Source of the DNA: Lama guanicoe
Lineage: Eukaryota
Assembly: GCA_013239625.1 (NCBI GenBank)
Contig: MU054323.1
Location: 6,871,220 to 6,935,219 of the forward strand
Direction of reading: 5' to 3'
Length of the DNA stretch: 64,000 nt
The notes beneath the pieces were generated by a model. That model had not been told where the DNA came from. It made no database searches and was given only the letters and a program-made list of their open reading frames with translations. Position numbers and translations under genes: made by a program. Shown piece by piece: positions 1-13,109 of the stretch; the stretch's first letter is position 1, and the number at the start of each line of letters is the position of its first letter.

Positions 1-417
1 AACACTTAATAAATACTAGCTATTATTATAAAGTTAGATTCAATACAATAATAAATAATATAAAATATGCTTCCATTCCATTTAAATTTAGTGGTAGGAT
101 AACAAAGAAAGGAATAATCTTTTAAACGTTGGAGTGGATAAAGGACACAGAGGAAGGAAGAGAAGGAAGGAAAGAGAAACAGTGAAAAGGAATAGTAATA
201 TGTCCTGAGCATTGAAGATAAGCTACTTCTTATCATAACTTGTCACTTATCATTGGAAAGCACAAGAACAAGAAATGCTTAATAATTCCCCTGTATTTAA
301 TTTTTCACAAAACATATTTAGGGGAACTATGCTAGGTACTGGGAGGAACACAGAGAATGAAAGATACAGGTAACTTTCAGAACCTATAATCAGCTTGGGG
401 TATTCAAAACGTAGTAT

Positions 418-520
418 ACAGTCAGCCCTCCACATCTGCAGGTTCTGCATCTATGGATTAAACCAACTGTAGATCGAAGAGTTTGGTTTTCTTTTTTTTT
501 AAGTTCTAAAAAGCAAAACT
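418..520 (+). mobile_element. TcMar-Tigger MER2/MER8-type fragment
   Basis: tacagtcagccctccacatctgcaggttctgcatctatggattaaaccaac resembles the 5' end of the copy at 5996. Confidence 0.6.
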
Positions 521-605
521 TTGTGACGGTGAAAACTGCCTGATGAAAGAATAAGCTTCTTTAAAGAACTCTTTGTCTTAGCAAGAATTTATGTGGTGGC
601 TAGAT

Positions 606-819
606 CAGGGTTCTCAAACTCATCACTGTTAACACTTTGAGGCTGGATAATTCTTGTTAAGGGGGGCTTCTGGTGCACTGAAGGATGTTTAGCAGCATTC
701 CTGGCCTCTACCCACCAGGTACTAGTAGCAACCTCTCCCAAAGTTGTGACAACTGAAATGTCTTCATGTATTGCCAACGGTCCCTGACGGGGCAGAATCA
801 CCCCTGGCTGAGAACCTCT
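606..819. mobile_element. MER20-like hAT-Charlie MITE
   Basis: Terminal inverted repeats cagggttctcaa ... tgagaacctct; typical internal ggatgtttagcagcattcctggcctctaccca. Confidence 0.8.
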
Positions 820-3544
820 TGGCCATGTGATCATCTTTTAGATTTTCTGTAGAAGGGCTTCTTGCTAAGGCATCGGGGAAAAAACCCATTCAGACAGACA
901 GATTACAGTGAGCCTGAACTGCGTGAGTGTACGCGTGTGTGCATGTTATACACATAGGCTGAGTTTGTGCTCTTCCACTAGTCTCAGGCCCCACATCTCC
1001 TTTTGCAATACAACAATCCTTTCAAGCTGGCCTTTATAGGCATTTGAATTTGTGTAACAGGTCTAAGAACTACCAGCCCCTTTCCTCCCACTCCCTAACC
1101 CCCCAAAAGTTGAGATTCCCCAGGAAGTAAAGGATATGGTAATCCTTTTAGGAAGAGTTCCTTGGAAGAAGTAGAATTTGACCTGCTTGCTGGAAAATGG
1201 GTGGCATTTTAGTAATCAGAGAGAAAAGGCATATCAGAGTGAGACAGTTGTAGTCAGGTCATACACACAGGTAGTGAAAGGGAGGGGAAAACGAACCAGA
1301 GTTGTTCCAAGGGCAGGAATAGATCGATTTTTCTTTAACAGAAAGTGCTTGTAGATTGCTGCTATTTAGAATAATTCCTTCTACTGCTAAAAATAACCTT
1401 TATTTTCTAAGGTTTTAATTTGTTTTCTATGATTGTTTTCTCATTTTTACTACTTCTGAAGTATTTTTCCTCCATCCCTCACCCATTTCATTCTCACATT
1501 TTCTCACAATTCAAAGAATATATAAAGCTGTAAGTGTGGAATTCCAGCTCCCACTCTCTGGGCAGTTTTACTTCTCTTCATCATTAAGTATTAATGTATT
1601 TTCACCTATCTTCATTGCCATCTCTCCTGTTTTTAGACTTGCTATTCTTCCTACCTCAAGTTAACTCTGTCATCCTCTTTGCCACCTGGCATTCTCATCT
1701 TTCAGGGTCCCATTGTGCACACTCGTGCTCTTGGTCCCTGCCTTCCCGTCCTGGGCTTAGTTGCTCCCTATGTGCTGCTGTACATATCTCTATACATGCC
1801 ACATAGCACTTGGACATTGCACTGCTCTGTATTGGCCTCTGCCACTCAACAGAGAATTCCCAGAGGACAGAAATTTGCTCACCTTTGTTAGCCTTCAAAC
1901 TTTATGTAGTATCTTGCATATACTAAGTTTTTGATAAGTTTTTGTGAAACTGATGGTTTATTTAAATTTATATCCAAGTTCTGCTGAGTTTAAGAAGTAT
2001 GTAGATTTTCATACTTAAAAGTCTCTTTGACTTTTAAAACCATGATATGGGTATCTCTATTTTTGAAGTGATTCTGGATGTTTTATCATATTCCACAGTG
2101 CCTAAAAGTTATAATTTTAATATTTATATTATATTGAGCCTCCCCCCTAAAATAGATTTATTTTTTAATATAATGAAAGTCAAAAAATTAATGAAACTAG
2201 AGCTAAGAATTGAGTTCTTTGGAGATGAGAGATTTAATCACTGTTTGAAGCTCTTTGGATTCTCTCAAGTTGCATATAGTATATTAAAATATATTAAGTG
2301 TATTAAAATATATCAATATATCAGTATATTTTATTAGTAACTTACAAATCATAAATAGCCATATAAACACAGAATAATATTGATATTATTGTTACTATTA
2401 TCTCTCTAAAGAGTTTCTTCATATCAAATTATTGAGCAAAAAATCATTTGAGCTATAGCTTGTTTATCAGGAGGTATCACTTCTAAAGATACTTTTGTTA
2501 CCTGAGAAAGTTAAGGCATGCCTATGACCTGGAATCCTAAGCCTGATATAGTTAGCATCTTCAAAACTAGTGTTACATAGAAGATTGTTCTAGGAGATAA
2601 TAATAATATGTCAGGAAAAAAGTTTGTCATAAATAAATTGCATAGTTTATCCCTTCTTAGAGCTCCACAATGTGCTTTGGGCAATTAAAGGCTCATAGAA
2701 TTACTACAGTAAAGAAATCTGCTTCACCTTGTGTAACCCGTTATTTCCAATGTTAGTACAGCACAGCCTGCTATTTTCCTGGCACATCTATTAATATCCT
2801 GCAGAACAATGTTCTTTAGAACACCAATTTGGGAAATGCTGGTCTAAAGTAATTACTTCTTCTAGTTAAATAAATAGTCCATTTTCTCAGACCATTTGTT
2901 TCTTACATAATTCTCTCCAGCTAATGAAATCACATTGGATTTTCCCCAAACATGTACCCATCAGACAGATACCTTCCAAGTCAAAAGTACCTCAACTTTT
3001 CCATTCATCTTTCAGACCTTTATAGAATGTGTCCTATTGTATATTTACATTTTTACTCACAACAGTTTAAGACCTGGGGCTAATGTTTCTTTTCTGTCCA
3101 GCGCTGTACTTATGTGAAATAAACTAAGTATTAACATGTTTTTAAAAGCATAATAAACACATTTGTGTGTGTCTATGTATGTATAAACACTGCGGAACAC
3201 TAAATATGGAAGAGCATTTAAAAGTAGAATACATACACATGTCCATATGTGTATGCATTTAAGCATATATGCATTTACATACGTTTATATACGTTTACAT
3301 ATACATATATGTTGTGTTATTGTATTTTACTTTTAAATGCTCTGCCATATTTAGAGTTTTGTAAGAAAAAATATTGATAAATGTTAGAAATTGCCAACCT
3401 TTTGACGAATAAACGTGGGAAATAATCTTCCTAAACCCACAATAAACTTCTTAGTAATCAATAAAAAGTTTGTGCTATTCTAAAAGGGCGATGCTCTGTG
3501 TTTATATATAGAAATATATCTCATTATTTCCATTTTTTCTCTAG

Positions 3545-3646
3545 TTGATACACCAGAATCGTCAAGCTATCTTGAACCAGTTTGCAGCAAGTGCTCCTGT
3601 TGGCATCAATATGAGATCAGGCATGCAGCAGCAAATTACACCTCAG
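3545..3646 (+). CDS. NCOA1: NCOA1 (SRC-1) internal coding exon, LIHQNRQAILNQFAASAPVGINMRSGMQQQITPQ
   Basis: Pyrimidine-rich acceptor ttttttctctag ends at 3544; 102 nt, phase 0/0; donor CAG|gtagcg. Peptide recognised as the SRC-1 Q-rich region. Upstream exons lie outside the window. Confidence 0.95.
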
Positions 3647-4293
3647 GTAGCGTGAGCAGACCAGGCATTGTTAGTACTTCTCTAACCCAAGCTGTGTTTC
3701 TTACAGTGTTGACTTGAGTGTCTTTGAAATGGTCTGTGAACTGATCTTTTAATGATGTTTATAATATAGCTTTCTTCTAGAATGAATTTATAATCAAGTT
3801 GTGATACCCCTTACTGATATTTGATCTAAAGCTGAGGGTTCTTTGTTTCGTTTTATTGTTACTGTTGTCATTGCTATTAGATATCAGATAACTAAGTAGA
3901 AAACTCTTATTGCTGTCCTGAATAGGACCAGTAAGCAAGATGCCTCGAATATGAAACTGTGTAAATGGAACCTTAAACCTGATCAATCCCAGTCACATTG
4001 CTTAGTTATCTTAACTACCTTGTGTTCTCTGCTCAGTCTAAGCATCAGCCTTTTCTATTTTTAATTTGTTTTAACAGTCCTTCTGTATGAACTCAGAGCC
4101 ATCAGAACTGCACATGAGAAGAACTGGGTAGCCTGCTAAGTGTTGTCTAGTGCTTACTCCCTACTCAACTTCCGCACATATTTTAATATTTTTGCTTCAA
4201 CCACTTTTTTATGGTTTCCTAACCAAGTCTACAAAAATTTAGAAGATGAGGGATCTTAGAGAGAATTCAAACAAAACTCTTCTCCATAAAATG

Positions 4294-4417
4294 TTATTGT
4301 GTTATTTGATTGGAGAAAGGTAATTGGGTTTATTTATTCTGGGGAAGGTACTGGGGATTGAACCCAGCACTTCATACATGCTAAGCATGCACTCTACCAC
4401 TTGAGCTATTCCCCCCC
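4294..4417 (-). mobile_element. tRNA-Ala-derived SINE (camelid Vic-1-like) with target-site duplication
   Basis: Minus strand reads ggggaatagctcaagtggtagagtgcatgcttagcatg...gggttcaatccccagtacc (A and B boxes); ccataaaatg is duplicated at 4284-4293 and 4418-4427. Confidence 0.8.
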
Positions 4418-5558
4418 CCATAAAATGGACCTAGATGAATACTAACCAAAAAGATAAACATTGATAGAAACTGCTGTTAAACAGCAGATACTAGTACCTT
4501 CATGGATCCAGATGTGGGTTTCTCTGTCTTAAAAATCTTATTGGTTCACTCATGCAAGCATAATTAGGCTGTAAGGAACCGAGACCCCACTTTGGGACTT
4601 CACATAAACATGACTTCAGTCAGGAAGTAGCCTGCGACAGTTTCTTCTAGATCGGACTGCATCTGGTTGACAGCTTTGTTTTTGTGGAGCTGTATGCTTT
4701 AATCAGCTCCTCAGCCTGAATGAATGTTTTGTGAAGGAGGCTTTACTGACATGCCATGTTGCTTTGCAAGTTAAACCAGAAAGTGACTTCAACCAAATTT
4801 TACCACTCACTTCATCATTTATAATATTTTAGCTATTAAAACACTCTAATGCCTGAAGCTGTCTTGTACTGTAGTGATAATATAAAATACCTGGATTCAT
4901 TTATTTCTGTTTATTATTTGGTTTCTAATCAATTGTTTTCTTTTTAAGTGGTCATTTGTTTGGCATTGGATCATGAGTTTCTGATTCTTCCTTTTTTTAT
5001 TGGTATTTGTAGGTTTTTTTGATTGTAAAGATAATGCACGTTCATTATAGATAATTTGGAGAATACAGAAAAGTATAATGAAAAAAATTAAAATCACCTA
5101 TAATCACATTTTATTGTTTTAAGTAAAGTGGAATAAATGATCCCCATGAGAAAAGGGAAAAGTAACTTTCTCCATACTAGAAACATAGTAAATTTTTTGG
5201 AAATGAAAAAGTGAAACGTCCCCTACCAACCTAATGCCAAATAAGACAGAGGTCATTGAGCACATTTTCTTTCTCTTCTTTATGGTTTTCATGTTTCTCT
5301 TAACAGTTTTCATGGCCTGTATTATCATACTAATCAGTGTATACTTTCTTTGACTTTTTATCAGTTCTGTGTGACTTTATAAAATGTACTTAATTCATTT
5401 TCTCTCCTGTGGCTTTACTTAAGAGGTTTTGTTCCTTTTCTGCTCTAGTTTCCCTTGTGCACTGATCATTGCTACATATTCTTTTGCTCCAAGCTAGTAG
5501 GCTTTATCCTGTAAGCTTTCCATATCAGTAAGAGACAATGTTTTTCTCTCCTCTTCAG

Positions 5559-5958
5559 CCACCCCTGAATGCCCAGATGTTGGCACAGCGCCAGCGGGAG
5601 TTGTACAGTCAACAGCACCGACAGAGGCAGCTAATACAGCAGCAGAGAGCCATGCTAATGAGGCAACAAAGCTTTGGGAACAACCTCCCTCCCTCATCTG
5701 GACTGCCAGTTCAAATGGGGAACCCCCGTCTTCCTCAGGGTGCTCCACAGCAATTCCCCTACCCACCAAACTATGGTACAAATCCAGGAACCCCACCTGC
5801 TTCTCCTAGCCCATTTTCACAACTGGCAGCAAATCCTGAGGCATCCTTGGCCAACCGCAACAGCATGGTGAACAGAGGCATGACAGGAAACATGGGACAG
5901 TTTGGCACTGGAATCAATCCTCAGATGCAGCAGAATGTCTTCCAGTATCCAGGATCAG
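5559..5958 (+). CDS. NCOA1: NCOA1 coding exon, Q-rich region [22 protein letters not shown]...NVFQYPGS
   Basis: Acceptor ctcttcag|CCA; donor TCAG|gtatga; 400 nt, phase 0/1; lies inside ORF 5538..6236; p160-family [12 protein letters not shown] motif. Confidence 0.97.
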
Positions 5959-5995
5959 GTATGAGGATTGCACCTTTATGTTGCTTTTATAAGTA

Positions 5996-6313
5996 TAGTC
6001 GGTCCTCAGTATCCACAGGTTCCATATCTGTGTATTCAACCAACCCTACATCAAAAATATTCCCCCCAAAAATAAATACCAGCAAGTTCCTAAAAGCAAA
6101 ACTTGAATTTACCATGCTCTGGGAACTGTTTACATTGTATTTACATAGCATGTACACTGTATTACGTATTGTAAGTAATCTAGAGATGATTCAAAGAATA
6201 CGGGAGGATATAGGTTGTATTTCCCATTTTATATAAGGGACTTGAGCATCCATGGATTTTGATATCCACAAGGATTCTAGAACCAATCCCCCATGGATAC
6301 CAAGGGATGACTG
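5996..6313 (+). mobile_element. TcMar-Tigger MER2/MER8-type MITE, near full length
   Basis: Inverted ends tagtcggtcctcagtatcc ... ggataccaagggatgactg; starts 37 nt after the NCOA1 donor. Confidence 0.75.
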
Positions 6314-7729
6314 CACCACATACAGGCTCAGGTCTCTCTTCAGTGCGTTTCAGTTCACTGACATTGAGGCAATTTGCTGAAGGAGAGAGATGCTGACTTG
6401 GGAGTCAGGAGATCCAGGCTCTAGACTTAGCTTTTGCCACTAAATAGTTGAGTGGTTTCACGCTCATCTCTCATTGACAGCTAAGATGATTAAATTGGAG
6501 GCTCCATAAGGACCTGGCTGACTCTAAAATTTTTGACATTTTGTCTGCAAAGCATATTCTAACTTTCTTACTTTCTTCTGTGGGTTCCTATAAGAATCTA
6601 ATGAAACTCCACATCAGACAATGGGTGTGAGTACATTAACTCAAAATTTACATATAGTTTTTTTTATTACCTTGGAGAGTTTTTGATAGTTTACACAAGG
6701 ATAATCAGTCTTCACAAACTACCTTAGACTTCTCATTGGTGTCACCACTCTTAGCTGCTTAGGTTGTAAGCTATTCCTCTGCAATATCAGGCAACTTTCT
6801 GGCTTCCAAAAGATGTGTTCTTTTTCAGTCTTGCATTTGCACTGTCTCTCTCCTATTCTCTTTGTCCTGGGTAATGATGTCTTTTTAAAATTTTTCTTCT
6901 ATCTTGGAGATTCTAATAGGTAGGGGCAATAAAACACATTTCATTAATCTACCAAGTTTAATCAAACTTTGATGTTAAATTAATGGCAAATTCCTGGGAA
7001 ATAATCCCTTCATTTTATAAATGAAAGAAAAGGTAAATTTTAAGCCTGCTTTAAAATGAATTTCAGTGAGAAGGCTGCTGTTTGACTTGAATAAAATGTT
7101 GAAGTCATACAGAGATTTTTTTACATGGCAATATGCTTATCAACTTTGACAGCCAAATCAATTTAGACTTTTCATTCTGGTGGCAACAAGTGCTAAAATC
7201 CTTTGACTATTAAATTAAGTATCTAGGGAAACATGTGTCAGAGAGCATCAGAATTCTCTAAGACATTTTAATCAAAATTATGCCACATCAGTTTCTTTGT
7301 CCTCAAGACAATGAAGTCATCTTTGGCTGGTTTATATCACTCACACTATATGTGTGGGTAAGAAAAGGAGTATAAATCTATGTTTTAATTATAAGATTGT
7401 TTGAACAGGAGTGGCCTTCAAAAGAGTCGTATTTTCATGTGTCTCGTGATTTCTGTATGCAAAGAATTTGACGAGGCTCCTTCACTTTATTCTAGCCTAT
7501 AGAAGTACTTACTCTAACATTAGAAGACTTACATAGTTATATTTCCCCATTGCTCTTCCAAAATGGCAACTTAGCCAAAACAGCTAATAGATTCTTAGTA
7601 GTGTTTATGATATTGATTGCAGTACCTTAACTCTAAAGATTTATCTCATTCATTGGGAGAAAAAAACAACTACAAATAAGCCAAACATTAATAAATTCCC
7701 CAAGGATTCTTTTCTCTTAAAAAAAATTT

Positions 7730-8397
7730 AAATGGTACTTCTCAAAAACTAAAAATAGAACTGCCATGTGACCCAGCATTTCTACTCCTGGGTATATATT
7801 TGAAAAAGATGAAAACACTAATTCAAAAAGGTACACGCACCTTAGTGTTCATAGCAGCATTGTTTACAACAGCCAAGATATGGAAGCAACCTTAATGTCC
7901 ATCAACAGATGAATGGATAAAGAAGCTATAGTGTATTATACAATGGAATACTACTCAGCCATAAAAAAGTAATGAAATTTTGCCATTTGCAGCAATATGG
8001 ATGGACTTTGAGGGTATTTTGCTAAATGAAATAAGTCAGACAGAGAAAGACAAATATTGTGTGATACCGCTTACATGTTGAATCTTAAAAAAAAAACAAC
8101 TAGTGAATATAACAAAAAGAAACAGACTCATAGATATAGAGAACAAATTAGTGGTTACCAGTGGGGAGAGGGAAGGAGGGAGGGGCAGGTTAGGATAGGG
8201 GATGAAGAGGTACAAACTATTATGTATAAAATAAGCTACAAGGATATCTTATATAAAACAGGGAATTCGCCAACATTTTATAATGACTATAAATGGACTA
8301 TAACCTTTACAAATTGTGAATCGCTATGTTGTACACCTGAAACTTACACATCAATTATACCTAAATAAAAAGTTAATTAATTAATTTTTAAAAAAAC
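7730..8397 (+). mobile_element. L1 3' end (ORF2 C-terminus remnant plus 3'UTR, L1MA-like)
   Basis: Diagnostic atagaactgccatgtgacccagca, atagcagcattgtttacaacagccaagatatggaagcaacc and caatggaatactactcagccataaaaaag; A-rich tail. Confidence 0.9.
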
Positions 8398-9109
8398 TAC
8401 TTCTGTCAGTTTTCAGTCATGCTCTTTAACACTTTGTCTCTGGAAACCCAGGAAAGGAGAACTTCTGTCCTGCTCCTGTTTCTTGACAAAGCCATCGAGA
8501 AAGGCAGTGCTCCAAAGCCTCAGTTCCTGTGAAGTTGACTAGATTTCCTTCAGGGTTGTGCATCTAGTCTTTGATCTCTTGCAAGTCAGTACAGAATGCA
8601 GTTGATTGAGATAATGAGGGGGTGGGGCTCCTTCCTCTCCAGACAGTATAACCAGATGTGTTGCCATCCATCGTAAGTGCTCCATCTGGTACCTGAGTTT
8701 TTCTTTCAGTCCAATTTTTGATTGACAAAATATACTTTTCACAAAGTAAGAATTTGTCTTTGATAAAATCAGTATTTGTACTGCAGTCAAACCCCAGAAG
8801 CTGAGTACAGTGGAGAGCGTAGTGTTTCATCCAGTTGGACTGAAATAAAATGGCAGAGCTTTCAGGTCTTCCATGAACTGCCTGAAAATAACACGGGGAA
8901 GATTGTTAGTTTTTCTGGGGAGCATAAGAACATTTAAAGATGCAATGTTTTTCATTTCTTCCATTACTCTAAGTTATAAACTTGTTCCAACAATCAGGTA
9001 GAATGCTCCAAGACCAAGTTTTGTGTTGGTAAAATTCAAGTTCAGGAAAAATTCCAACCTTTTCAAATCAAGCCTTCTCAAAAAACAAAACAAAACAAAA
9101 CAAAATAAC

Positions 9110-9277
9110 AAACCCATGTTTTTATAAATAAAGTTTTACTGGAGCACAACCATGCTCTTTAGTTTACATGCTGTCTATGGCTGACTTCACACAGTAGAGT
9201 TATATAGTTCTTACAGAAACCTTATGGGCTGCAAAACCAAAAATATTTATTAATGAGCCCTTCTCAGAAAAAGTTGA
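9110..9277. mobile_element. MER58-like hAT-Charlie remnant
   Basis: aaataaagttttactggagcacaaccatgctc...tgtctatggctg...aaaatatttatt is characteristic. Confidence 0.7.
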
Positions 9278-11344
9278 TGATACTAAAACCAAAGGATGGC
9301 TACATTAGCTTTGCTATAGTCCTTTGCTTTGGCATCTTTTAGCTTAATATAGGCCCAAAGTAAATGAAGAAATGTGTAGGTGATAATAATGACAGAGTAG
9401 TCTTTCTTTTATTTCTGAAAACAGAAAATTTTTCTTGTCTATCATGCCATGATAATGAGTGCACAAGAACAGAATTAGACATTTAAAATTTATTTTATAC
9501 TATGGTAATATTCAAAGAAAATAGGAGGGAAAATTTTTTTTTAAGTTTTTGTACCTATTTCATGAATTCCTTGAAGCCAATCCAGAGCTCCCTCTTCTGT
9601 GAACTGCAGTAAACATGCTACTCCACTCTCTCGTGAGTGATCTCGTCTACTCCTTCACGCTGATCACTGTTCTCTGTCTCTAAACCAGCTCATGTATACA
9701 GCTGCCTGCTGGACAGACACACTTGAATTTTTCACCAGCACCCCAAACTTGTCCAGAGCTAGGGTCATCAACTCCATTTCCCCTTCCTTCCATGTCTCAA
9801 TGTTCCAACTTAACAAACCTCTCAAGTTCCAAGAAAGAATACCTACCTTGCTCTCTTTTACTTACATCTCTTTGTATATACTGTATCCTCTGTCTAAAAT
9901 GTCCTTCCCTCACCTGTCTCATTCCTGTCCCTCCCTCCTCTCAGAGGTATCTCCTCTGGTAAGCCCTCCCTGATGCTCCTGATCACAAGCACTCACCACC
10001 CCATCTTATGGACAGTTGTTCAACAGCTTCCTTTCTTTTTAAAGAGCAGTCTCCTTGAGTGAGCAAAGTATGACCTTTTTTTTTTTTAAATCTTTCTCAA
10101 ATGCTGATAGCATAGTGGTCTGTGGGGAGAGTAGATGCTCAATGAATCTTTTAGTATAAGAATGAGTCCTAATTCTAGTTGCTGCCAGATGTCTGTGATG
10201 CTATTTATTGTCCAGCAGGGAGACAGCATAATCTAGACAAAGACAGAATTGTAGAATTTTTAAACTAGAAGGAACAAGATTATCTGGTCCAAAGAATCTG
10301 AGATCCAGTGTAGTGGCAGAACTAGGCCCAGAACTCTAACTACCCCTTCAGATTCGTTATTCACAGACTGGTTCTTTCTTCTGAAACTAGGTCATCTGAT
10401 AAGGGAAACATGGGCAGTTAGAATGTGAGATGAGGCCAGAAAGAAAAGTCAAAAAGCATGCTGATGTACTTGCAGTCTTATTTATTGTTTAACTTTGACC
10501 CCACAGAGTAATATCCAGAATGTGATAAGTATCTTTCTCCCCCTCACATATAAATTTTTTTCCTGAAAGAAATTATTTCATTGTAAATAAAGTAAAAAAT
10601 GCATTAGGAACAGACAAGTTTTTTTTAAGGATCACAACCAGAAGAGTTAATATTTAAAATGTGGAATTAATGCAAAGACTGTAAATATAAAAATGAAGAT
10701 GATGTAGGAAAAACCCACCCTCTAGAGTCATAAATGAAAAAATAATTTCTCCATAAATTCAAAGTCAAAATTGTTTACGAGATTAAATTACTTATGGAGG
10801 AAGCAGAGAAAATATGTAGCTTTATTTACATAAACTTTACCAAGAAAAGAAGTAAATATTTAGTGAAAGGAAAAACTATAAAAAGTCTACAGTTGTTTCA
10901 ACTTACATGGAAAATGTTAAATATTTTTTAAATTGTAGCCTATAGAAAACAAAGTGAATAAATTAACACATCTCGGGTCAGATTAACCAAACAAAAAAAG
11001 AGAAAAGGCATTGTATTAATAATGACAGAACACAAAATATTACAAAGGCATCTACAGTTATGTTTACAAAGAGACATTAAGGGCAAGAAACATGCTTCTG
11101 ATATAATGATAAGGGAAAGAAGCAGGTCACAAAATTATGTGAGACTTTATAGAGGAAGATTTGAAGGAATTATACTAAATTATGGGTAATCAAATTATGA
11201 CATTCTTTTTCCTGCACCTTTATAACTGTCTATACCTCAGTACTATTTAACTGTGAAATATATTTTGTTAGGAAAAAAAGAAAAAATGCAAAGCATAACA
11301 GAAAACATAAAAAGAGACCCATTTTTGCTCTTTTAAATTCTTAG

Positions 11345-12995
11345 AGACTTCCACTTGTGGTCAAGATGGAGTAACAGGGGCCAGATTTATTTTTCCATCT
11401 GAAACAAACAAAAAATGTCAAACAGTAGTTCTAGAAATTGCCTACACTGTGATGCAGGGAGAGGGAATCCAACAGGAGCAAGTGGTTTCCAAGAGTTGAG
11501 GCAATGGATTTTGGAGTCCAGATAAACCATGGCAGGTAGAGGTTTCAGGGCACAGAACCAGAGAGGAGAGAACCATACAAAGAGAGAACCACAAGGATGT
11601 GGAGAGGGTCCTGCTCAGGTCTTCAGTTGAGAACTGATCAGTGTGTATGTGTACAAACCAAGGCCAGGGAAAACCACCTGAAAAGATTAGAAGGAACAGC
11701 TTCAGAGTTCACACAGGTTCATTTCTTCTTCTGAGAAAACCTCAGAATTCATAGGTGTCAAGTAGAATACTCAGAAATGTCTTTGCCTCAGGAGCAAGGC
11801 AAAATAAGCACCAGACTACACCCTGCTTTTGACTCTGTAGGAACAAGACCCAAAAGAACTAAAACTGTTACCACGTAAATTTAGACTTAAAGAAATTTAA
11901 AGAATTCAGCACCTAACAAGGTAAAATTCACTAAGCCTGGAATCTGAATTTTTTAATTACCAGGCATTCAGAGATACAGGGAAATAAAACTAATAATGAG
12001 AAAAATCAGTCATCAAAACCAACTCAGAAAATGATACAGGTGATAGAATTAAGACAATTATAAATCACGCACTTGTTACGTATGTGTAAGAAGCTAGAGG
12101 AAAGCTTGAACATGTTCACTGAAGGTATGAAAGATATAAATAAAACCAAAATCAAACTTCTGGAGATAAAAACTGCAATGTCTGAGATGAAAAATATACT
12201 GGGTGGGGTAAGCAGCAGATTAGGCATTACAAAAGAAAAAGTTAGTGGACTTGAAGATACAACAATGGAAACTACACAAAATGAAATCAGAAAAATACTA
12301 AAAAGATGGTAATTTACTCCAAATTGATCTTCTAGTTACACAATCCTTATCAAAAATATCAACATGCTTTTTGGAGAAATTGATAAGCTTCTCCTAATAT
12401 ATAGAAATACAAAGGACCTAGAGTAGCCAAGATAATTTTGAAAATGAAGAACAAAGTTTGATGACTGCAAGCTTCAAAAATTATCATAAAGCTACAACAA
12501 TCAAGACTGTGAGGTATTAGTACCTCTATAGACATACAGATTACAGCAACAGAACAAAAAGTCCATAAATAAACCCTTCCTTTTATGGTCAGTTGATTTT
12601 CAACACAGTTACATCAATGGCTGCTAATAAGCATCATCCTGAATAAAAAGGAACAAACTGCTGATAAATGCTACAGAGTGGTTGAACTCAGAAACATTAT
12701 TCTGAGTGAAAGATGCCAGACAAAAAAATACCTCACATAATTACACTTATATGAAGTTTCCAATAAGAGGAAAATCTGTAGAGACAGAAAGCACATCAGT
12801 GGCTGCCTGAGGCTACAGGTGAGAGTGGGGATTGACTACAAACAAGCACGAGGGAATTTGGGGGTGACCAGGTGTCTAAACTGGATTGTGGTGATGGTTG
12901 AACAACTTTATAAATGTACTAAAAGTTATTGACTTATACAGTTCAATGGGTGACTTTGATGCTGTGTAGATTATATCTCAATAAAGCTTAAAGGA
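11345..12995 (+). mobile_element. Old L1 fragments (5' end and ORF1 remnant, then ORF2/3' pieces)
   Basis: Starts agacttccacttgtggtcaagatgg; ORF 12073..12312 resembles the L1 ORF1 coiled coil; L1M-type 3'UTR at 12640-12990. Confidence 0.8.
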
Positions 12996-13109
12996 AAAAA
13001 AGACAAGGGAAGAAGGGACCATAAAGACAGCTGAGGAGTGTCCGACAGAACTCTCTCACTTTTCATTTTCTGCGTGGATTTTTCTTACCTTTTTCCCTTT
13101 TCAACTTAC

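Noticed and set aside
4340..4417. tRNA-Ala gene (also 51395-51474)
   Set aside because: Diverged stems, AT-rich tail and target-site duplications indicate SINE copies, not functional tRNAs.
5959..6236. Continuation of the 232-aa ORF past the NCOA1 donor
   Set aside because: Read-through into the intron and a Tigger-type MITE; the canonical donor at 5958 explains the real boundary.
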